In this document: positions 38,566-46,840 of the stretch, in pieces | How positions within the stretch are numbered: position 1 is the stretch's first letter | How the letters are laid out: every line of letters begins with the position of its first letter | From: an uncultured Bacteroidota bacterium | GTDB taxonomy: Bacteria; Bacteroidota; Bacteroidia; Chitinophagales; Saprospiraceae | Assembly: GCA_937876435.1 (NCBI GenBank) | Contig: CALEIL010000072.1 | Span: forward strand, 1 to 53,170 | Reading direction: 5' to 3' | DNA length: 53,170 nt | Notes under the pieces: model-generated | The model's input: only the letters and a program-made list of their open reading frames with translations | Told to the model about the DNA's origin: nothing | The model's database searches: none | Made by a program: the position numbers and the translations under genes

Positions 38566-38761
38566 AAATTATAATAAAATTTTGGGTATTCAAAATGTCG
38601 TCCTGGGCAATTTCGAACTTTAAGATATTGACCAGGAAAGACCGCACAAGTAGGGCCCGGAATGGAGAACGGGGAACGGAGAACACAGGATTCAGAGCGC
38701 AAATCGCTGAAGTAGAACGCGGGTAGCAGAGCACAGAGTGTGGACCATAGAGCGGAGAGCA

Positions 38762-38780
38762 TCCTACAACTGTTGTAGGA
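38762..38780. repeat. Palindrome TCCTACAAC-T-GTTGTAGGA
   Basis: Perfect 9-bp inverted repeat between the cytochrome 3' end and the susC promoter. Confidence 0.5.
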
Positions 38781-38862
38781 ATTTTAGCTTGGATTTACAT
38801 ATGGCCACTACGATTCAGTAAGGCAATGAATCGTGAACCATTGGACGAAATCAGACCATTTC

Positions 38863-39321
38863 TCACCTTTCCATTTCATCAAAATTGATAGGGACGGAAA
38901 TTCGTTGAACGGGATATTCATGACCATTGTGGCACGAAACGCAGGTGACGGGATATTCCTGAAAAAGATAATTGTCCTTAAAATCACCGGGAACGTCAAA
39001 ATATTTCTCGTTGAGTTCTGCGGTCATCCTCATCATATCACGGCTTACTTCCTTGTTTGGATGGTCATCCGACTTAAAATCCAATTTGGAAGAGCCATCT
39101 TTTGCCCTGGCGTGACAGTCGTCGCATCCCATACCCAATGCTACCTGAAAGCTTTCCATCACGGCCATTAATTCATCCTCGCTGATGTCTTTGGGCAAGA
39201 TTTGCAAGTTGCGTTCAGGATCCTGGACCTCCTGAAGTGGCTTGAAGGCGGTAGAAGCCAGAAATACCGATCCGGCAATCACAGCCATCATGACAATTTT
39301 TTTGCTGTTTTTGATTTTCAT
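38863..39321 (-). CDS. Diheme c-type cytochrome (photosynthetic reaction-centre cytochrome c subunit-like family)
   Basis: Signal peptide; NLQIL...M....ALG..CDDCH and MMRM...N...VTCVSCHNG motifs. Confidence 0.85.
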   Translation of the reverse strand: MKIKNSKKIVMMAVIAGSVFLASTAFKPLQEVQDPERNLQILPKDISEDELMAVMESFQVALGMGCDDCHARAKDGSSKLDFKSDDHPNKEVSRDMMRMTAELNEKYFDVPGDFKDNYLFQEYPVTCVSCHNGHEYPVQRISVPINFDEMER

Positions 39322-39577
39322 AACGATTTAATTAAGTGGAATCGTAATATACCAAAATATCGCTTGCTATGAAAGGATTGGATGAGATCTTTTCTGTTTT
39401 CGCGTTTCGTATCCGGATAGGGGAAAAACTTTGTTGCAGGTCTTTCCTTATTAGTTAAGTTTTCCGTCTTTGGTAGTGTGGTTACGCCGGGCTCATGGGA
39501 AATCTATCAAACCGAAACACTCTAAATTGCTTATTTATGATTATCGTACCCCACTATGATCCTGGTCGATATGATAG

Positions 39578-41395
39578 TTATTCCGGCACCAAAACAATCT
39601 TCCTCAAATCGAGCATAGCACCTTCTTCCTTCTTGTTACCAGACTTGAAAGTCAGGTTATTTAAACCGGATTTGAGTCGGATGGTCCCGATCATTTCTGT
39701 CCGGAATGTGAACCAGGAACCGGTCTTACCTATGGTGCCCTTCACTTTATTTTTTTCACCCTCCAGAAGGAAGGTTTTTCCGGACCGCGCATCATCGACC
39801 GTCCATTCCAGAAAAGCCTTGTACTTGCCGGGTTGATCGACCTGCACTTCCCAACGAGCTTCGTCCTCGGTATTAAACCATCCAAACGCTTTCCATTCCG
39901 GCATATATTTGATATTGGGTCCGGTGGTTGCAGCATCCATGGCGTGCAGTATATACCGTCCGTCCGGGTCGGCAGAGACCGTTTTCAACCGGTTGGTTTC
40001 AGGTCGTTCCTGCTTCAGATTGGCCGGCATCAGTTCGTGCACCGCTTCTACTATAATATCTTCCACCTCGGTCGAAAACGGAGAAGGTTTATCGTAGTAG
40101 TACATGCTCGACTCCGCTTCATAACCGCCTTCTTTGATGACCCGCTCGGAAGCAATGTAGCAGGGTACTTCGTTCATATATCCATTCACCCACATCAACT
40201 CCGCTCCGAGAGACTCTTTGATCCGGTAAGAATAATCCACCACCACTTCACCAGCCAGATTAACCATCGCCATTTGATCGCCGAATGCCCACACCTGTAC
40301 CGGGTATGACAAGGATTCCGGAATGGGCTGCCCTCGCAGGATCCTTTCCATAGCCAGCCGGGCATAGTACCCCTTGATGGTTTGATCATTTTTGGCCAGT
40401 TGCATCAATTTTTCCGTCGTCGGAATTTCCTCAAACGGAAGATCCACCCGCTTGATACGACAATCGGGGACCTGAAACAACGTATCGAGTTGTGCCGTGA
40501 GTAGTTTGTCGACCTCATCCGCGATGGTCGATCCGTGCGTCTTCATATTTTCCACGGAACCCCTGGGATTGGGGTTGGCATCGCCTCCACACCCGATCGC
40601 CACCATAGCGATGGCTCCCGGATGTCGTTTCTCAATATTGATTTTAGCTTCACTCATCCAGTCGCCGTGAATCTCATTCACCGCACCACTAAGCGTAGTT
40701 CCGTGACAGGCATAATTGACGAGGATTCCCCGAAGTTCTCCTCCAGGACGGGTAATCCGCATCATCGGCAAGGCCGGATCGATGGGACCACCCTGTGTTC
40801 GCCGATTTTTCGCAAAAAGGGCCTGCCCCTGTCCCCAGGCTACGATGGAAGGTTCCCGGTTAGCAAATGCCTGACCAACAGTCTCCAGCACCGCCCCCAC
40901 GACCTGATCATTGTACTGAGTAATATGTTCCAATTCGTCCACCGACAACAAGGAATCGGAAAATGTCGCTCCCCGGTACTGCAGGATGTTGATGATATTG
41001 CCCACTTCCGGTGCACCATGAGTATGAGATGCACTCATCGCAACCCGGGCGGGATCAAGGTCCCATTTTTCTTTGAGCCCCTCCAGAATCTGGCTGGTCA
41101 TATAATCCGATAACCCCACCAGATCCAGGGTGATAAATACGGCCGGATCCTCATTATCCCTGCCAAAAACGAGGGCTTTGGCCTCCAGGCGATGCATGAC
41201 TTTGACCGTTTCAGATTTGCTGCGTGCTCCGTATCCCCCCAGCCGGATGGGCATTTCAGGTGTAATGTCAGCGCTCGCGATCCCCACTTCGATTAGCGGA
41301 GTGGTTTGCTGTGCAGTAATTTTGGGTACAAAAGCGAAGCCAAATACGGTGAATAAGATGGCCAATGCTTGAAGTGTTTTCTGGATACGTGTCAT
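39578..41395 (-). CDS. Neutral/alkaline ceramidase-like metallo-amidohydrolase (paralogue 5) with C-terminal CBM6/CBM35-like beta-sandwich
   Basis: DITP, LGGYG, SHTH, NRR, NYACH, GE and GGYE motifs; tail with WEVQVDQPGKY...GSWFTF...IGTIRL..G.N.L. Confidence 0.78.
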   Translation of the reverse strand: MTRIQKTLQALAILFTVFGFAFVPKITAQQTTPLIEVGIASADITPEMPIRLGGYGARSKSETVKVMHRLEAKALVFGRDNEDPAVFITLDLVGLSDYMTSQILEGLKEKWDLDPARVAMSASHTHGAPEVGNIINILQYRGATFSDSLLSVDELEHITQYNDQVVGAVLETVGQAFANREPSIVAWGQGQALFAKNRRTQGGPIDPALPMMRITRPGGELRGILVNYACHGTTLSGAVNEIHGDWMSEAKINIEKRHPGAIAMVAIGCGGDANPNPRGSVENMKTHGSTIADEVDKLLTAQLDTLFQVPDCRIKRVDLPFEEIPTTEKLMQLAKNDQTIKGYYARLAMERILRGQPIPESLSYPVQVWAFGDQMAMVNLAGEVVVDYSYRIKESLGAELMWVNGYMNEVPCYIASERVIKEGGYEAESSMYYYDKPSPFSTEVEDIIVEAVHELMPANLKQERPETNRLKTVSADPDGRYILHAMDAATTGPNIKYMPEWKAFGWFNTEDEARWEVQVDQPGKYKAFLEWTVDDARSGKTFLLEGEKNKVKGTIGKTGSWFTFRTEMIGTIRLKSGLNNLTFKSGNKKEEGAMLDLRKIVLVPE

Positions 41396-41396
41396 A

Positions 41397-44300
41397 TTAT
41401 CTTGATTTTAAAAAAGCTACCAAATCTGCCATTTCTTCGACGCTGATAATTTCCTCCCAGCCGCCTGGCATCATAGAATAATCCAGGGAATTTAACGATT
41501 TTATATCGGTCCGACTAATCACCCGATCCTCGATTCCCACATTGCGAACGGTGATTGCGGTAGGAGATTCATCGGCGATCACCCCTTGAATCTTGTCCCC
41601 GTCGACCAATTCGATCTGCCACAACTCATACCCCACGGTCACGGACGCCCCGGGAAACAATACCTGAGAGACGATCCCTTCCGGGCTCCAACTATATACG
41701 GTGCTCAGATCGGGACCTATAGCTTTGCCATTCTCGCCGTCGATTTGGTGACAAATCGCACAATTTTTTTCAAAGACCATTTGACCGCTTTTTGCATCTC
41801 CTTTCATCTCGAGTGAGGCCTTGTATTCTTCGTTGAGCTCACCTTCGTCTTTCTGACTAAAGATCGACCGGGCCCTCCTCTTTGTCGCATCATCCGCGTA
41901 CGTCATAAATCGAACTCTACGGTAAAAATCTACCGTCGATTTTTGCACCGTCCCTTCCTCGATGGCATCCAAAAACAGATTCACTTGTTCAGCGGATGAC
42001 AAATGCGCCTGCACCGCGGCTTGCCTGATCTGGGGTGTGAGTCTACCCCAGTTGGAAAGTACAAACCGACTCATGGCTACACCATCCTCGGCATTCAATC
42101 CGTCGAGCGCAGCCAATTGAACCGCTGCATCCTCCTCCAGATGAATGAACTCCTGATAAAAAGACCGACTGTTTTCCGGTTTTGTCAAACTCATAAACTG
42201 GATGATTTCGGCTCTCCTTTGCCCGGGCAATTCGTCATTTCCAGCCATATCCATCAATTTGGATTTCAACTGATCGTCCGCATTCAGCATTCCCTTCACA
42301 CCTATCGCACTCAAAACATCCAGTGCAGCAGCCCGCGCAGAGGCATTCTTGTGCTGGAGAAAAATCCCGAGGAATGCAGATTTTACATTTTCCGGATTCT
42401 GTACGATATCCCGGTTTTGTCTGATGCCTTTGGCCAGCCCATGGAGTACGGTCGTTTCCCACCCTTTGAGATTTGCTCTTTCGAGATTGGACATTGCTTC
42501 CAGGAGAATCTCGTTCACATAAGCCTTCTCCTTTCCGGTCACCAAAAGTTCGCACAGCCTCGATATCAAGGAATTGTATTGTTCCTTGTCCTGACTGTAA
42601 TCTCTGATCAGATTCGCCAACACGCCAGCAGCCTGGAACGACTTCGCCGTCAGAGCAGCTATCTGAACCCAGGGATCTCCTATATCCTGAAACAAAATCG
42701 AGGACCTCGCTTCTCTGGCCATTTTGGATGTATCATTCCCCAGGGTACAGAGCAACTGAAACCGAACCTTGGGATCAACATCGTCCTTCATAGTCACCAG
42801 CGTCTGCACCAAATCAGGGAACTCGCCGAGATGCTTTTCAGCGATTCTGATGGCATTTTCCCTGATGCCCGCTACGGGATCTGCGAGGCCTGTTTTGATC
42901 ATTTCCTCATCTGTCATGCCCATGCCATCCAGGGTCCACAAGGCATGCAACCGACCCAGAGCAGCTTGTTTTTCTGAATTGTCGTCCGAACTGACGGCCG
43001 TTGTGCTGCCGATGATTTGTTTAAGATCCTGGACTATCGATTGATCCGCTCTATCGATCAGCAGCCGTTGGGCATTCATTCGCCACCAGGCGTTGGGATG
43101 AGACAAGTATCCGACCAGATCACCGGAGGATGCTTCGCTTAGTGGTAAATTATCGGTCCATGATTTCATATCCCGTCCTTCGTAGGTCACCCGGTAGATC
43201 CTTCCCATATCGCCACCATTGTACAATTCTCCTGACTGGATGGCTTCCTCTGACATCCATTCCGGATGTTCGATGATCTGCCGGTAATAATCCAGGACAT
43301 ACAAGGCTCCGTCAGGTCCGGTGTACATGTTCACAGGACGAAACCAAAAATCGGTAGATGCCAGAAATTCCCTGGTGGGGGTTTCGATTCTGCTGGCCGA
43401 AAAACTGGTATTTTTATCTTCCAGCACGTCTACATGGACTATGTTGGATACCGGCTCAGCCACGAAAGTGAGGCTTTGATCGTACGGAGCGGGGAAGGCA
43501 CCCCCTTTGTAAGCCGTGATTCCGCAGGCCGAAGTAAAAACCCCTTCGCTGGTGAGTAATTGCTTCTGAGGTCTGGTCGTGATGGAATACACCTTGGATC
43601 CGTGGTCCGAGAGTGTTTGAATAGAAGAGGGGACCAAAAGATTTTCATTCCTGCTCAGATATGGAGCGGCTATTACTTCGTGATATACATGATTGGAATT
43701 GTTGCTTAAAAGATGCCGGCCCCAGTCGTCGAATGCCCGACTAAACTGGGTGGACCCCGACGTCAGTTCTATCTCATAGGTATCCGGATCAAACCTGGCA
43801 GTTCGACCACTACCCTGGGGCGGTAGCCGTTCCCCTTCGGGATGGCCTGGAAAATACACTTCCTTTCCCAACTGACCAAAGAGATCATTGTACAATTGAT
43901 AACTGCCACCCGCCTCGGAAGTGAGATAAATCCAGTTATCGAGACCGTAAATCGGACCGCCCGCGTTCATCTGAGCATTGGAAAAGGCAAAACCCGTCAA
44001 TAACGTGTCCCGGATATCTGCTACGCCGTCATTGTCGTTGTCTTCCAGATAAAGAATATGCGGCGCATCGGCTACGATCACGCCATTTTTCCAACGCATA
44101 ATACCAAATGGCCACATCAGGCCATCCGCAAAAACGGTGCTTTTGTCCATTTTCCCATCTCCATCAGCATCGGTCAGAAGTTTGACCCGACCCTGCCCGC
44201 TTTTATCCAGCGGGTACCCGTGCATTTCTACCACGTAAAAATTCCCATTTTCATCGATCACCATATCTACCGGATCGGTAATGAGTGGTTCCGACACCAC

Positions 44301-44471
44301 CAACTCTACCTGAAAACCAGGAGGAGCGGTTAAAGACGCGAGGCCTTCCTGCGGACTCAGCGCCCCGTTGGTATATTCAATATTGTCGTGATTGGACTCA
44401 CAACTGACTACAGCACAGAGCAAAATCACCCATACCAGGTGACAGAAAAATCGATTGAGTAGGTTTGACAT
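41397..44471 (-). CDS. PVC-type heme-binding CxxCH membrane-bound dehydrogenase lipoprotein
   Basis: Lipobox VVSC; propeller motifs EMHGYP, DFWFRP and GPDGALY; HEAT repeats; CAICH...IGPDL...SMMP cytochrome c domain. Confidence 0.88.
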   Translation of the reverse strand: MSNLLNRFFCHLVWVILLCAVVSCESNHDNIEYTNGALSPQEGLASLTAPPGFQVELVVSEPLITDPVDMVIDENGNFYVVEMHGYPLDKSGQGRVKLLTDADGDGKMDKSTVFADGLMWPFGIMRWKNGVIVADAPHILYLEDNDNDGVADIRDTLLTGFAFSNAQMNAGGPIYGLDNWIYLTSEAGGSYQLYNDLFGQLGKEVYFPGHPEGERLPPQGSGRTARFDPDTYEIELTSGSTQFSRAFDDWGRHLLSNNSNHVYHEVIAAPYLSRNENLLVPSSIQTLSDHGSKVYSITTRPQKQLLTSEGVFTSACGITAYKGGAFPAPYDQSLTFVAEPVSNIVHVDVLEDKNTSFSASRIETPTREFLASTDFWFRPVNMYTGPDGALYVLDYYRQIIEHPEWMSEEAIQSGELYNGGDMGRIYRVTYEGRDMKSWTDNLPLSEASSGDLVGYLSHPNAWWRMNAQRLLIDRADQSIVQDLKQIIGSTTAVSSDDNSEKQAALGRLHALWTLDGMGMTDEEMIKTGLADPVAGIRENAIRIAEKHLGEFPDLVQTLVTMKDDVDPKVRFQLLCTLGNDTSKMAREARSSILFQDIGDPWVQIAALTAKSFQAAGVLANLIRDYSQDKEQYNSLISRLCELLVTGKEKAYVNEILLEAMSNLERANLKGWETTVLHGLAKGIRQNRDIVQNPENVKSAFLGIFLQHKNASARAAALDVLSAIGVKGMLNADDQLKSKLMDMAGNDELPGQRRAEIIQFMSLTKPENSRSFYQEFIHLEEDAAVQLAALDGLNAEDGVAMSRFVLSNWGRLTPQIRQAAVQAHLSSAEQVNLFLDAIEEGTVQKSTVDFYRRVRFMTYADDATKRRARSIFSQKDEGELNEEYKASLEMKGDAKSGQMVFEKNCAICHQIDGENGKAIGPDLSTVYSWSPEGIVSQVLFPGASVTVGYELWQIELVDGDKIQGVIADESPTAITVRNVGIEDRVISRTDIKSLNSLDYSMMPGGWEEIISVEEMADLVAFLKSR

Positions 44472-44552
44472 ATGATTGGAATATTTATCCCGCCACTATT
44501 TACTAATTATTTATTGAATTTCATGGTAGGTCCGTTTAATTTCCTGATATTT

Positions 44553-45719
44553 TCATTGGGACCGGGAGGGGTTTTTACCGTATATATTATCGTACACCGT
44601 CCTTTTCTGATAGGGATAAGGCCGGACCGCCTCGTCCATACTCTCATGCCGCACGAACCAATTCTGATAAATCAGGCATTCATTTTCTGCTTCGCCGCGG
44701 ATGCCGATCGCAAACTCCGGAGCCCGGAACGTATTGTTGTAAATCTGAATATCTGAACCGGCGATGATCGTTCCGTCTTTGCGATCTTTGCCACCGTGCA
44801 TATCAAAACAATGGCTCAGAGAAGTTCCCAGTTCTACGTTGTGGCGGGCCGTATAGCTGCACCCGGAAACTCCGGTTCCCGCTATGGAATGCCGATTGTG
44901 GTCAAATAAATTGTACTCGATCAGGGAAGAAGACTTGCGGCTGCTGATCCCATATCCCAATCCATTGTACTGGCAATGATGGATAAAATTGTGATGGAGA
45001 TCATGATCCCGGCCACCCTTCAGGCTGATCCCTGATTGGCTAAACGCCGATATGTCACAGTTGTCTACCGTGAGGGCATCAAACGAAGTCTCGATGCCAT
45101 TGGACACCGGAAACTTGTAGTAATAATCGTGGCCGGGGCCTCCCTTACTGAATGATTTCCGGTGATGTTCCATATACCGCTTAGGATTGGGACCTTGAAT
45201 CCGGAGTCCTGTGATACGCACGCCCGGACCCAGGGCACGGATCAATACCGGTGTATTCAGAGCATCGCTGACCAGAATGGCTCCCAGGGAACCATTGGAA
45301 CCCCTGTTTCCGGCCAGAATTACCCCTTCCGGAATTTCCAGCACAAACTTATCGATGTAAACAAAAGTGGTCAGATCGATTACATGCTCATCCGGGATAT
45401 ACACTACATCCCCCGGCTTCGCCTGCTCCAATGCTTCGATCAGTCCACCGAGGTCGCTGACTTCAAAATCACCCCGGGTGATGATGCCTCCGTAATGATC
45501 ACCCCCGCCCAAAGGTCCGGATTCATCCGGTTTGGCTCCATAAATCCGACCTCCGATACTCTTCCAGGAGGCCTCCTGTGGATCGGAAGTTCCGGATCGA
45601 AAAAAGGGTGGGTGAACCGGCTTCTGGCCGGCCCACAAATACGGGCTCAATCCTGTGATCAGAGAGGCTCCACCTATCGTCCTCATAAATTTTCTTCTGT
45701 CGAACTCCATCAGTTTCAT
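44553..45719 (-). CDS. Tat-exported right-handed parallel beta-helix protein (pectin-lyase-like fold)
   Basis: DRRKFM signal; AKPGDVVYIP, HNFIHHC, NLFDHNRHSIAG and FDMHG Asn-ladder repeats. Confidence 0.72.
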   Translation of the reverse strand: MKLMEFDRRKFMRTIGGASLITGLSPYLWAGQKPVHPPFFRSGTSDPQEASWKSIGGRIYGAKPDESGPLGGGDHYGGIITRGDFEVSDLGGLIEALEQAKPGDVVYIPDEHVIDLTTFVYIDKFVLEIPEGVILAGNRGSNGSLGAILVSDALNTPVLIRALGPGVRITGLRIQGPNPKRYMEHHRKSFSKGGPGHDYYYKFPVSNGIETSFDALTVDNCDISAFSQSGISLKGGRDHDLHHNFIHHCQYNGLGYGISSRKSSSLIEYNLFDHNRHSIAGTGVSGCSYTARHNVELGTSLSHCFDMHGGKDRKDGTIIAGSDIQIYNNTFRAPEFAIGIRGEAENECLIYQNWFVRHESMDEAVRPYPYQKRTVYDNIYGKNPSRSQ

Positions 45720-45747
45720 TGGGGGGGTAATTAGTCTGTCTAAATAA

Positions 45748-46815
45748 TCAGGGAACTATGGTGATTGGCACCTCCAGTATCACTTCCTTCCCGTCATCGA
45801 TCGTCACATTTCTACCTATAAAAACCGCATTGTATTCGCCCGGGGTGGAATAGGAATAGCTGAATTCGACCAATTTCTGGTCCCGGATTCCCCTGATTCC
45901 CTGCGCCCAGTCGGGCCCCATATTCACCTGATCGATGGTGATGGGTTTGGACACGACCCAGGTTTCTCTTCTCGGATCATTGTATGGATCCTGAGGATCG
46001 TAGGGGACATATTCTGGTCTCATAGCCGTGGGATCGTAGACATCACTGTCGGGATCATAAATGGGATTTTCAGGGTCAAATATAGGGTTTTCGGGATCAA
46101 AAATTGGATCGGCGGGATCGGCGTAGGTGTTCCCCAAAATGCTCAGTCGGGTGGGTGTCACCGAACTTCGGGAGGGGTTGTGTGTCCTGTCTTCATCCAC
46201 CACATAAAATCCCATTTCACTCTGATTTAAAATAGTCAATCTGTCATCAAAGATCGTATCCCTCGTTGCAATCTCAAAATTTTCTATCATCCACTGCCGG
46301 GCGTCGCCATGCTCCATTTGGGGCCGGGTGATATACCTGAAAGCAATATATACAGGACCCGATTCGGTAAATGAACTGATGTCGAGTTCCCCGGCCGGAA
46401 TAAAGGTACTGGAAGTCGACAGTTCAAAGCTATCCGTCACCTCGACCCAGGTGGCTGATTTGATGCTGGCCAGACTGCTCGTGTCTCCGTCAAAATCGGT
46501 AGATATAAACAGGGACAACTGATTTTCCTGACTCCCATTCTGGACGGCATTGGTGAATGAAAGGATGGCGCCATTATTCGCCACATCCACCACCCGGCCA
46601 TCCCTGAACTCGTAATCATTTCCCACTTCACCGGAATAGAAGGAAATGATCTCCGCGAAGCCACTCACATGAAACAACGCTTCTTCCCCTACCGAGTAGG
46701 TAGTCTGATCCGCTGACACCTGAAGATCGGGTGCGCTGTCCACCGCAATTTCTTTTTCACAGGATATATTCATCCACAGAAACACACCTGCCAGAATTAA
46801 TCTATAGTAGTTCAT
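45748..46815 (-). CDS. DUF5017-like surface lipoprotein (SusE-position) with acidic Pro-rich repeat insert
   Basis: Lipobox NISC; directly downstream of susD; ISFYSGE, VYIAFRY and YSYSTPGEY motifs. Confidence 0.68.
   Translation of the reverse strand: MNYYRLILAGVFLWMNISCEKEIAVDSAPDLQVSADQTTYSVGEEALFHVSGFAEIISFYSGEVGNDYEFRDGRVVDVANNGAILSFTNAVQNGSQENQLSLFISTDFDGDTSSLASIKSATWVEVTDSFELSTSSTFIPAGELDISSFTESGPVYIAFRYITRPQMEHGDARQWMIENFEIATRDTIFDDRLTILNQSEMGFYVVDEDRTHNPSRSSVTPTRLSILGNTYADPADPIFDPENPIFDPENPIYDPDSDVYDPTAMRPEYVPYDPQDPYNDPRRETWVVSKPITIDQVNMGPDWAQGIRGIRDQKLVEFSYSYSTPGEYNAVFIGRNVTIDDGKEVILEVPITIVP
46030..46125 (-). repeat. Coding 21-nt/7-aa degenerate tandem repeat (DPENPIF)
   Basis: Protein reads DPADPIF-DPENPIF-DPENPIY-DPDSDVY-DP. 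Confidence 0.8.
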
Positions 46816-46840
46816 ATGCTTTTGTTTTACGCTTGTTAAA

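Noticed and set aside
38508..38762. 84-aa ORF upstream of susC
   Set aside because: Derived from the heptamer tract and spans the promoter/operator region; likewise 51934..52134.
38863..39321. Evidence for phototrophy (cytochrome plus HiPIP)
   Set aside because: No puf/bch genes in the window; both families occur in non-phototrophs.
46030..46125. Possible CRISPR or non-coding repeat array
   Set aside because: In-frame 21-nt coding repeats without spacers; no cas genes.
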